Positions 16,961 to 25,270 of a stretch of DNA of 44,072 nt are shown in pieces. Numbering within the stretch: position 1 is the first letter of the stretch; each line of letters begins with the position of its first letter. The stretch comes from Candidatus Zapsychrus exili (lineage in GTDB: Bacteria > Omnitrophota > Gorgyraeia > Zapsychrales > Zapsychraceae). The DNA lies in contig JAVCCJ010000061.1 in NCBI GenBank assembly GCA_030765585.1, positions 1 through 44,072 of the forward strand, read 5' to 3'. Position numbers and translations under genes: made by a program. The notes under the pieces were generated by a model. It was not told where the DNA came from and did no database searches. It saw nothing but the letters and a program-made list of their open reading frames with translations.

Positions 16961-17590
16961 TTATGAAACTTTTATATGTGTAGTCAAGGAAGGATTAAGA
17001 ATCTTGTCAGTTTTAATGAAGTCTTGAAGCTTGAAAGCTTTCTTGTCTAAAACAAGAGCTAGTATTTGCTCTATTTCATTTTTCTGATGAAGGTTAGGTA
17101 CAAACGTAGTACGAAATTGATACTTAATGCTAGAATTTTCTATTATGCTGATACTTTGTTTTATTCGAGCAAGATCAACATTACATCCAGCAAGCTTATT
17201 GTAATTTAGAAAACTTGCCTTTATGTCCATTGCAATAAAATTCAAAAGGCCTCGGTCTAATGCCTCTGTTATTACATCTGGATTGCTTCCATTCGTATCC
17301 AATTTAACTAAGAAACCTAAATCTTTTATTTTTTGTAAAAAAGGTATCAGATCGGATTGAATGGTGGGTTCACCACCGGTAACAACTACTGCCTGCAATT
17401 TGTCTACTCTACTTTTAAGAAATGTAAATACATCGTCTTCTAAAATAGTATCTCCAAATTGCTCTGACAAAACCAATTCTGGATTATGACAAAAAGGACA
17501 CCTAAAATTGCAGCCCTGCGTAAAAACAGTAGCTGCAATTTTGTTAGGATAATCAATTAAAGAGAGTTTTTGTAAACCACCTATGCGCAT
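16961..17590 (-). CDS. nrdG: Anaerobic ribonucleotide reductase activating enzyme
   Basis: SLIDYP...VFTQGCNFRCPFCHNP, TGGEPT and KLDTNG motifs; overlaps nrdD. Confidence 0.95.
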   Translation of the reverse strand: MRIGGLQKLSLIDYPNKIAATVFTQGCNFRCPFCHNPELVLSEQFGDTILEDDVFTFLKSRVDKLQAVVVTGGEPTIQSDLIPFLQKIKDLGFLVKLDTNGSNPDVITEALDRGLLNFIAMDIKASFLNYNKLAGCNVDLARIKQSISIIENSSIKYQFRTTFVPNLHQKNEIEQILALVLDKKAFKLQDFIKTDKILNPSLTTHIKVS

Positions 17591-19689
17591 AATTTATACG
17601 TTTTTCTTACCCTAAATTCTTCTTGCTTTCCTTTATTCCATTGCTGAACAGGGCGTAAGTATCCAACAACGCGAGAATAAACTTCACAAGTATTCTTACA
17701 TTTAGGACAGCTACTATGTTCTCCTGCAATATATCCACAGCTTGGACATACGCTAAAAGTAGGACTTATTGTAAAATAAGGCAAGTGATAATTAGAGCAA
17801 ACTGTCCTAATAAGCGACTTTAATGCCCCTACATCATCTATCTTCTCTCCGATAAATCCATGCAAGACAGTACCTCCTGTATACCTGGTCTGAAGTCCAT
17901 CCTGAAGATCTAAAACCTCAAAGATATCATCAGAATAATTTACGGGCAAATGAGTCGAGTTTGTGTAAAAAGGTTCTTTGCCTTTTTTGTACTCACTTTC
18001 ATTAGAGCATATAATATCTTTATACTGCTCCTTATCTAATTTTGCTAGTCGATAAGAAACGCCTTCGGCGGGAGTTGCCTCAAGATTATATATGTTTGAA
18101 GTCTCATCCTGATATTGTGCTAACGTATCGCGCATAAAATCAAGTACACGTTTAGAGAATTCTTGTCCTTCGTCTGATGCTATATTTTTACCCAAGAAAT
18201 TAAGACAAGCTTCATTCATTCCTATCAAACCAATTGTTGAAAAATGATTTTTCCAATACTGATTTGTTCTCTTTTTTATATTCCTTAAAAAGAATTTCAT
18301 ATAAGGATACAAATTCTCGTCGGTTAGTCTTTCCAATATTTTTCTTTTTATCTCAAGACTTTCTTTTGCAATTTCCATTTGATTTTCAACGCGCTTAAAA
18401 AAGTCTTCTTCATTTTCTGACAAATATCCTATCTTTGGCATATTAATAGTTGCAACACCAATTGAACCAGTTAAAGGAGATGATCCAAACAAACCTCCAC
18501 CTCGACTTCTTAGCTCCCTGTTATCAAGACGCAGTCTGCAACACATACTTCTAGCATCCTCTGGATCCATATCAGAATTAATAAAGTTAGAAAAATATGG
18601 AATACCGTATTTTGCTGTTACTTCCCACAACAAATCAAGATTTGGATTATCCCAATCAAAGTCTTTTATAATGTTATAAGTTGGAATTGGGAAAGTAAAT
18701 ACGCGTCCCTTCGCATCACCTTCAGACATTACCTCTAAAAATGCTTTATTAAACATATCCATTTCTGCCTGAAATTCTTTGTATGTTTCTTTTTGCAATT
18801 CACCACCTATCACAACGCTCTGGTCGGAAAAATACTGAGGCGGAGTTAAATCCATTGTAATATTTGTAAATGGTGTTTGAAAACCAACACGAGTTGGAAC
18901 ATTAATATTAAAAACAAAACCTTGCAATGCTTGCTTTAATTGCTTATAGGTAAGATTGTCATAACGAATAAAAGGTGCCAGCAGTGTATCAAAGTTCGAG
19001 AAAGCTTGTGCACCTGCTGCCTCACCCTGAAGCGTATAGAAAAAGTTTACAATTTGTCCTAACGCGCTTCTTAAATGTTTTCCTGGCTTAGACTCCATTT
19101 TTCCTTGAGCTCCTTGAAAACCACTGATAAGCAAATCGTGTAAATCCCATCCAACACAATAAACGCTAATAAGACCTAGATCATGAATATGGCAATCACC
19201 TTCTGCATGCGCATTCTTAATTCTAGGAGGATAAATTTTATTTAACCAATAAACTTTACTAATTTCAGATGATAAATATTGGTTCAAACCTTGAAGAGAA
19301 AAAGCCATATTGCTATTCTCATTTACCTTCCAATCTGCTCTTGTTAAATACTGATCAACTAAATCAACATTACTCTTAGATGTTATCTCTCTTATCTTTG
19401 TATGCTGATCACGATAAATAATATACGCTTTTGCTGTTTGTCTATATGGGGAAACCAAAAGAACTTCTTCTACTATATCTTGAACCTCTTCTACTGTTGG
19501 AACCTTGTCCTTAACCAATTGCTGAATTAAATTGACAACACGCATAGTAAGTTTTTGCGCTACTTCTTCTGAAAATTCATCTGTTGCCTGACCCGCCCTA
19601 AAAATAGCAGTAGCTATTTTCTGAGAATCAAAGTCTTCTGTAGAACCGTTTCTTTTGCAGATTTTGGTAAGGACTGAGGTGGTTTGCAT
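17581..19689 (-). CDS. nrdD: Class III anaerobic ribonucleoside-triphosphate reductase with ATP-cone
   Basis: N-terminal ATP-cone (KRNG...FD.QKI...VEEVQDIVE), YC and SMCCRL motifs, C-terminal CxxC..CxxC and glycyl-radical loop YSRVVGYLRPV. Confidence 0.97.
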   Translation of the reverse strand: MQTTSVLTKICKRNGSTEDFDSQKIATAIFRAGQATDEFSEEVAQKLTMRVVNLIQQLVKDKVPTVEEVQDIVEEVLLVSPYRQTAKAYIIYRDQHTKIREITSKSNVDLVDQYLTRADWKVNENSNMAFSLQGLNQYLSSEISKVYWLNKIYPPRIKNAHAEGDCHIHDLGLISVYCVGWDLHDLLISGFQGAQGKMESKPGKHLRSALGQIVNFFYTLQGEAAGAQAFSNFDTLLAPFIRYDNLTYKQLKQALQGFVFNINVPTRVGFQTPFTNITMDLTPPQYFSDQSVVIGGELQKETYKEFQAEMDMFNKAFLEVMSEGDAKGRVFTFPIPTYNIIKDFDWDNPNLDLLWEVTAKYGIPYFSNFINSDMDPEDARSMCCRLRLDNRELRSRGGGLFGSSPLTGSIGVATINMPKIGYLSENEEDFFKRVENQMEIAKESLEIKRKILERLTDENLYPYMKFFLRNIKKRTNQYWKNHFSTIGLIGMNEACLNFLGKNIASDEGQEFSKRVLDFMRDTLAQYQDETSNIYNLEATPAEGVSYRLAKLDKEQYKDIICSNESEYKKGKEPFYTNSTHLPVNYSDDIFEVLDLQDGLQTRYTGGTVLHGFIGEKIDDVGALKSLIRTVCSNYHLPYFTISPTFSVCPSCGYIAGEHSSCPKCKNTCEVYSRVVGYLRPVQQWNKGKQEEFRVRKTYKLCA

Positions 19690-19748
19690 GTGTGTTTCTC
19701 CTCTGATAAGAAATTAATGTTGAAGTTGAGTCTATAGTTGTAATGATA

Positions 19749-19776
19749 ATTATACACACAATATGTTGTGTGTCAA
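19749..19776 (-). promoter_or_regulatory. Sigma70 promoter of nrdD
   Basis: TTGACA (19776-19771), 16 nt, TATAAT (19754-19749). Confidence 0.8.
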
Positions 19777-19802
19777 TCAGAAACACATACTTTATATAGT
19801 GT
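19756..19802. promoter_or_regulatory. Tandem NrdR boxes
   Basis: ACACAATATGTTGTGT (19756-19771) and ATACTTTATATAGTGT (19787-19802) match acaCwAtATaTwGtgt and lie 31 bp apart; the first fills the promoter spacer. Confidence 0.88.
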
Positions 19803-19926
19803 ATGGTGAATTTTATGCAGAGATGCTTAATGCCTGTGGACAAAATTAACAATAACCCCAAAAACACCAAGTACCTTTGTTCAAAAAACCTTTGCCTTTT
19901 AAGCAAAATAAAAATATAATCAAACA

Positions 19927-21162
19927 ATGAAACGATATAAAATAATAAATACCTTATTTATTATTATCCTCCTAATTGGTATCTTAAGTAATTTTAAGTC
20001 ACCTAAAGAAATAATTTCTACAAATTCTTCAGATGCCTCGTCTTGCTCTCTAGTCTTTCCTGACGCTGATGAATTCATAAAAGAAACATCTAATCCGGCC
20101 TATTACAAAGCATACAAAATAAATCCAGAGACAAAAAGAAAAACTACAGCAGGAATTGTACTTTTAACAAAAGATACTGCCCCTGAAATCAAAGGCTATT
20201 CAGGGCCTATTAACATAGCAATAGGAATTAATTTAAATGGCGTTATCTCCAATGTAGCTATTGTATCTCACAGCGAAACGTCGTCTTATATTAAAGAAAT
20301 AAATAGTTTCTTAAGACAATTCAAGAATAAAAAAATAAAAGATTCATTTAAAATTGGAATCGACATTGATGCTATAAGCCGAGCAACAGTAACAAGCTCT
20401 GCCATTGCAAAGTCTGTGGCTGTAAGCATAAATAAGATATTTAACCTAAACGACGACCCTATCTTGACCGACGAGAGAATGAAAATAGATGAAATCGTAA
20501 TACCTCTGATATTATTTCTGCTAAGCATCTATGCTGTTATTTTAAAAAACAATAAATTACGACTGCTTTCTCTGTTTATAAGCTTTATCTATTTAGGTAT
20601 AATCAAAGCAAGCATGGTGTCTATCATACATATTGCAAATTTAAGCTTATTTAATCTGCCTAATTTTAATACAAGTATTCTTTGGTATTCGCTTATGACA
20701 CTAAATATTCTAACGCTTATCTTCTTTAAGAATGTTTATTGTCTAGGGGTTTGTCCTTTTGCAGCCGTAGAGAATGTAATAAGCAAAATAGCAAAATTTT
20801 TACATATCAAGCAGATGCATACATCGAGCAAAATTGATAAAAATGCGCGACTAATAAAATATGGTATTCTTCTTACATCCCTTATCATTGCTTTTTTATT
20901 TAAAAATTCTGATAATCTTAACTTCGAAGTGTTTATATTATTATTTACAAGAAATGCATCTTATCTAGGATGGGGCTTTGTTACAATCACCCTTATCGCT
21001 TGTGCTTTAAACTCAAGATTTTGGTGTAAATATTTCTGCCCTGTCGGAGCATTTAACAAAACAATACGAAGAATTATATCAGTTTCTTCTATTATGTCAT
21101 TCCTGCGCAGGCACGTAAAATCCCGTAGGGACCACGTCCCTTTACGGGCAGGAATCTCATGA
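19927..21162 (+). CDS. FMN-binding domain plus 4Fe-4S-binding membrane protein (NosR/NirI/YccM-like)
   Basis: KGYSGPI, HSET and IDAISRATVTS flavinylation-like motif; TM bundle with two CxxxCP motifs (CLGVCP, CKYFCP). Confidence 0.88.
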   Translation: MKRYKIINTLFIIILLIGILSNFKSPKEIISTNSSDASSCSLVFPDADEFIKETSNPAYYKAYKINPETKRKTTAGIVLLTKDTAPEIKGYSGPINIAIGINLNGVISNVAIVSHSETSSYIKEINSFLRQFKNKKIKDSFKIGIDIDAISRATVTSSAIAKSVAVSINKIFNLNDDPILTDERMKIDEIVIPLILFLLSIYAVILKNNKLRLLSLFISFIYLGIIKASMVSIIHIANLSLFNLPNFNTSILWYSLMTLNILTLIFFKNVYCLGVCPFAAVENVISKIAKFLHIKQMHTSSKIDKNARLIKYGILLTSLIIAFLFKNSDNLNFEVFILLFTRNASYLGWGFVTITLIACALNSRFWCKYFCPVGAFNKTIRRIISVSSIMSFLRRHVKSRRDHVPLRAGIS

Positions 21163-21212
21163 AAAACTAAAAACGGAAATCCCTGTCTCCGCTTCGCTCC
21201 ACAGGGATGACA
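21095..21212. repeat. GTCATTCC-type REP/RPE-like palindromic element with a nested 33-bp insert
   Basis: TGTCATTCCTG...CAGGGATGACA terminal inverted repeat; internal ATCCCTGT-ctccgcttcgctcc-ACAGGGAT hairpin; insert 21114-21146 flanked by GGCA repeats. Confidence 0.8.
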
Positions 21213-21219
21213 ACGATAT

Positions 21220-21441
21220 ATGAAAAATAAAAATAAAACATTCCTAATACTACTTATCTTGTCGTTAGCACTTCTACTTGCTACAATACTAGAAAATATG
21301 TTTACTCAGATGCCTGCTGCTCTACTGGATAAGAAAACTATCGCCATAGAAGCAGAAATTGATACATCAGAAATAAGAAATAAACTAAAAGAAGCTGGTA
21401 TAATCCCACATAATGCAAAATATTGGAGAAGGACAGACTAA
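21220..21441 (+). CDS. Small membrane-anchored protein ending in an AmrS N-terminus-like motif
   Basis: Basic N-terminus, one TM helix and C-terminal HNAKYWRR; TAATG stop/start overlap with amrS. Confidence 0.7.
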   Translation: MKNKNKTFLILLILSLALLLATILENMFTQMPAALLDKKTIAIEAEIDTSEIRNKLKEAGIIPHNAKYWRRTD

Positions 21442-22415
21442 TGAATACAGTTCAATGTGAACTATGCCCCAGAAGGTGTCGCCTTAAAAACGGAGAGCGT
21501 GGAAATTGTAGAGTAAGGATTAATCTAGACGGCGAACTTAAAAGTCTTGTATACGGCAATCCTTGTTCAATACATGTTGATCCTATCGAAAAGAAGCCTT
21601 TATATCATTTTCTTCCTACATCAACAGCACTATCAATTGCAACAGCAGGATGTAATCTGCACTGCAAATATTGTCAAAACTGGCAAATATCCCAAAGACC
21701 ACCTGAAGAATTACAAAACGAAAAACTTTCAACAAAAGACGTAGTAGACGCTGCCTTAAAAAATAACTGCAAAAGCATAGCCTATACTTATTCTGATCCA
21801 GTCGTATTTTATGAATACACACTTGAAACTTCAAAAGTAGCAAGACAATATAATATAAAAAATGTTCTAGTCACCGCTGCATACATAAATGAAAAACCTT
21901 TACTTGAACTTTGTAAATATACAGACGCTGCAAATATAGATTTAAAAGGTATTACTGAAGAATATTACAAAAATATGAGCGAAGCTACTTTAGCTCCCGT
22001 GCTTGCCGCAATTAAAATTATGCAAAAACAAGGTATTTGGATTGAACTTACTAATTTAATTGTGCCAACCTTTAATGATAATGAAAAGGATATAGCCAAT
22101 CTCTGTAAATGGATAATAGACAATGTGGGGCCAGATGTACCATTACACTTTTCTCGCTTTTGGCCAATGCACAAACTAAAAAATCTTTTTCCAACACCAG
22201 TTGAGACTTTAACCTTAGCACGAGATATAGCAAAACAGATTGGGATTAATCATGTCTACATAGGAAATGTTGGCGGAGAAGCTGGGAATGATACCCATTG
22301 CCCACAATGCAAGAAAACATTAATAAAAAGACGTGGGTATATGATACTTGAAAACAACATAACTAATAATCAATGTAAATTCTGTAAAAACAATATAGCT
22401 GGTATTTGGAACTAA
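21441..22415 (+). CDS. amrS: AmmeMemoRadiSam system radical SAM enzyme
   Basis: CELCPRRC...C.VR, DPIEKKPLYHFLP, GCNLHCKYCQNWQISQ, AYTYSDP, PLHFSRF.P, VYIGNV and CPQC..CKFC. ATG 21441 is preferred over TTG 21423. Confidence 0.93.
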   Translation: MNTVQCELCPRRCRLKNGERGNCRVRINLDGELKSLVYGNPCSIHVDPIEKKPLYHFLPTSTALSIATAGCNLHCKYCQNWQISQRPPEELQNEKLSTKDVVDAALKNNCKSIAYTYSDPVVFYEYTLETSKVARQYNIKNVLVTAAYINEKPLLELCKYTDAANIDLKGITEEYYKNMSEATLAPVLAAIKIMQKQGIWIELTNLIVPTFNDNEKDIANLCKWIIDNVGPDVPLHFSRFWPMHKLKNLFPTPVETLTLARDIAKQIGINHVYIGNVGGEAGNDTHCPQCKKTLIKRRGYMILENNITNNQCKFCKNNIAGIWN

Positions 22416-22425
22416 AGGAACTCTT

Positions 22426-22596
22426 ATGAACAATAAACAAATAACACGACGAAGCTTCTTAAAAATATTAGGCGGTGTCGTCTTATCATCCTTGTTGCTT
22501 CCCCTTAGCAAAACACTTCCATCATTTAGTGACACTAATAAAAAGAATTTAAAAGAAGCTAAATATTATAAAAGCAACGACAGCTTATTAGGATAA
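22426..22596 (+). CDS. 56-aa twin-arginine (Tat) signal peptide-bearing small protein, not in the ORF track
   Basis: Translated by hand: MNNKQITRRSFLKILGGVVLSSLLLPLSKTLPSFSDTNKKNLKEAKYYKSNDSLLG. Consensus TRRxFLK, AAGGA RBS, and it fills the gap between amrS and the next gene. Confidence 0.88.
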   Translation: MNNKQITRRSFLKILGGVVLSSLLLPLSKTLPSFSDTNKKNLKEAKYYKSNDSLLG

Positions 22597-22599
22597 AAT

Positions 22600-22935
22600 A
22601 TGCAATTTACAATAAAACTTATAATCACAATATCAATAATACTGTTCTGCTCTATCATAGGCAAAAAAATACCTACCCTATCTGGACTTATTGCAACCAT
22701 GCCTTTAACTGGTGCCATTGTTCTTATGTGGCTTTATTTTGACAACCCAGAAAATAAAACAATAGTACAGGGCTACACCAAAGGTGCAATCTGGGGGATT
22801 TTCCCAAGCATACTGTTTTTCATAACTGCATATTTCTGCTTCAAAAAACAAATACCTTTCAATATCACTATGATCTTAAGTTTTATAGTATGGATTATAG
22901 GAGCTTTCTTACATCAGCTATTTTTAAGAGGTTAA
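22600..22935 (+). CDS. DUF3147-like small 4-TM membrane protein
   Basis: KK.PTLSGLIATMPLT...WLY and G..PS..F motifs. Confidence 0.8.
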   Translation: MQFTIKLIITISIILFCSIIGKKIPTLSGLIATMPLTGAIVLMWLYFDNPENKTIVQGYTKGAIWGIFPSILFFITAYFCFKKQIPFNITMILSFIVWIIGAFLHQLFLRG

Positions 22936-22948
22936 AGCGGCGACCGCT

Positions 22949-25198
22949 TCACAACGAAGATCTAAAAAGAAGAATTAAAATCACGAAATTAATTAAAAAA
23001 CAAAATATTGCTATGCTACTTATACCTAAAATAGGTATCAAACACGTCGCTGTTACAATAGCACCCATCGCAGCACCCAACATATCAAAAGCATACAAAG
23101 TACCTGCAGACCTAGTATTTGAATAACGAGAACAGACCACATTACTACTAATTTCAAGGTCAGTCCCCAAATATACAGCTAAAGGATATTGCATACCTCC
23201 AATAAAACCTGCAATGATAGGTAAACTACTAAAAACAGTAGCAAAAATATGTGGGAAATTCTGTATAAATTCAACATCTCTAAATACAACAAAAAGCCAA
23301 GCAAGTAATAGTGGGTACAAACAAATACCTACTTGTATCATTTTATAAATCCTCAAAGCCTCTACCTTAGATATTTTATTGTCTAATATCTTATTTGCCC
23401 TAAAACTTCCTAGGACAAGACCAATCATAAAAAATGATATTATTAAGCCTATTTTATAATACGCATATCCGTAAAGCGCCTGAAAACTTAAAATAACTAT
23501 TATCTGAAATATAATCTCTGAGAATCCTGTTGTAAAAATAGATAAAGTAATCGGAGCTCTAGGTCTTCTTCTTATAAGAATAAGACCTATTCCTAACAAC
23601 AACGCAGGAAACAACAACAAATCCTTTAAACTTATATACTTTATTCTTTCTATAAAATTTCTAAATCCAGAATTAAAATGCGTCGAGAAAAGAACAATAT
23701 CATAAAGGTAGGCAATTGGTTTTGAATCCTTATTAATTGCACCCTTTACGCCTAAAGATCTATTAATATAAGAAACCCTATCTTCACTTAAGACAAACGG
23801 TAAATAATTCTCACTTACATATTTTGTTTCTATTTTTAATACTTCTAGTCTTCTCATTAGCTCTTCTGGATTTAAATCAAGAATAGCTCTTCTTTTACAT
23901 CCAAGAAATATATTTGTATCACCTGGCACTGATTTAACATCAACAAAAACCTCTCTTAAAGTTGAGTTTATTGACTGCAGGAACTCCTTAGCTTCTTTAT
24001 TTAAATAATTCTCTGAAGAAGATACGCTTAAAGTTATAATGCCCTCCTCTTTCAACGCCCTCGATGCTTCTCTAAAAAATTCAACCGTATAATATCTATT
24101 TATAAGGGCTGTATACGGATCAGATAAATTAATTATTATTACATCGTACTTGTCTTCACTTCTCTTAATAAAACGCCTTGCATCAGAATAAATAATATTA
24201 ACTCTTTTATTATCTAAAGACTTGAGGTTCTTTTCAGGCAAATACTTTCTTGAAATATCAATAATTGCTTTATCTAGCTCAACATAATCAATGTTTGCTT
24301 GCTTATATTTTAAAATTTCATCTGTGGAACCTGACAACCCACCTCCAACTAGCAAAACATTACGAGCGTAAGGATTTTGAAGCATAGAATAATGAACACT
24401 CTGTTCTGCAGTTAGCTCATCGCCTGTAGTAAAAGATAATAAACCATTTTCATATAAACTGTACTCTCCGTCTCTTTGGGTAAGCGCTATATTCCCATAA
24501 ACTGAATCTTCTATCCTTACAACATTTGTACCCTTAAACTGAATCTTTCGACTATATCTATCAGCCTTCCCCATAAAACTTAAAAGAACAACAGCCAATA
24601 CAAAAACAGCAACAAACATTGTCCTACTCTTCTTAAGAATTAATAAAATTACACATAAATTTATAATCCCTAAGATTACAGCCAGATACATAGAAGGTAC
24701 AAAATGTATTAGAACAAATGAAAAAATAATCCCTCCTGCTACAGCCCCAAGAGACTCCCACATATAAACGCCTGAAACACCAGAGAAGTTTTCATCTTCA
24801 CTGTATAACTTACATATAAGCACAAATAATCCGCCAAAAATAAATGTTAATGGCGCAAGCAAAAGAAATGCACCTATACTTATTGGAATAATTCCAATTA
24901 TCTCGCCTAATTGAAATCCCATTATCTGTTTAATACATCTGGCTAAGAATATCGTCGATGGTAATAGGAAGAATACATTTATCTGGAATACTGTGATGTA
25001 TTTTAAGGGATCTTTTATCTTCTTTGCAAAAATGCTAAAAACAAAACCTCCTATTGATATCCAAAAAAGCCAACTGGATAAAACAACAGCATAAGACGTT
25101 TCGTTTCCATAAAATGAAGTAATTAACTCACGCATAAGAACTATTTGCGCGATAATTGAGGTGAATCCTAAGATAAAGGCAAGGTATTTAGATTTCAT
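22949..25198 (-). CDS. Membrane-fused spermidine synthase-like (aminopropyltransferase/SAM-binding) protein
   Basis: TM domains flank DSVYGNI, VLLVGGG, VELD, DARRFI, YDVII.NLSDP and YYT.EFF. ATG 25198 is preferred because ATG 25213 lies inside the PFOR terminator stem. Confidence 0.88.
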   Translation of the reverse strand: MKSKYLAFILGFTSIIAQIVLMRELITSFYGNETSYAVVLSSWLFWISIGGFVFSIFAKKIKDPLKYITVFQINVFFLLPSTIFLARCIKQIMGFQLGEIIGIIPISIGAFLLLAPLTFIFGGLFVLICKLYSEDENFSGVSGVYMWESLGAVAGGIIFSFVLIHFVPSMYLAVILGIINLCVILLILKKSRTMFVAVFVLAVVLLSFMGKADRYSRKIQFKGTNVVRIEDSVYGNIALTQRDGEYSLYENGLLSFTTGDELTAEQSVHYSMLQNPYARNVLLVGGGLSGSTDEILKYKQANIDYVELDKAIIDISRKYLPEKNLKSLDNKRVNIIYSDARRFIKRSEDKYDVIIINLSDPYTALINRYYTVEFFREASRALKEEGIITLSVSSSENYLNKEAKEFLQSINSTLREVFVDVKSVPGDTNIFLGCKRRAILDLNPEELMRRLEVLKIETKYVSENYLPFVLSEDRVSYINRSLGVKGAINKDSKPIAYLYDIVLFSTHFNSGFRNFIERIKYISLKDLLLFPALLLGIGLILIRRRPRAPITLSIFTTGFSEIIFQIIVILSFQALYGYAYYKIGLIISFFMIGLVLGSFRANKILDNKISKVEALRIYKMIQVGICLYPLLLAWLFVVFRDVEFIQNFPHIFATVFSSLPIIAGFIGGMQYPLAVYLGTDLEISSNVVCSRYSNTRSAGTLYAFDMLGAAMGAIVTATCLIPILGISSIAIFCFLINFVILILLFRSSL

Positions 25199-25201
25199 AT
25201 G

Positions 25202-25256
25202 AAAAAACCTCATCCCACGCCAAAAGTAAACTTTACTTCAAACGTGGAATGAGGTC
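25202..25256 (-). terminator. Rho-independent terminator of the PFOR gene
   Basis: Minus strand reads ACCTCATTCCACGTTTGAAGTAAA-G-TTTACTTTTGGCGTGGGATGAGGT followed by a T-run. Confidence 0.82.
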
Positions 25257-25270
25257 AAATTGCTACTATA

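Noticed and set aside
19628..19927. 99-aa minus-strand ORF upstream of nrdD
   Set aside because: It runs through the NrdR boxes and promoter and overlaps nrdD out of frame.
21420..21445. Simple sequencing frameshift joining the 73-aa ORF to amrS
   Set aside because: Not adopted as the main call because of the clean TAATG coupling, an SD-like GGAGAAGGA before ATG 21441 and a second free copy of the motif downstream. It cannot be excluded without reads.
22320..22535. 71-aa minus-strand ORF
   Set aside because: It is the antisense shadow of the amrS 3' end and of the better supported Tat peptide gene.
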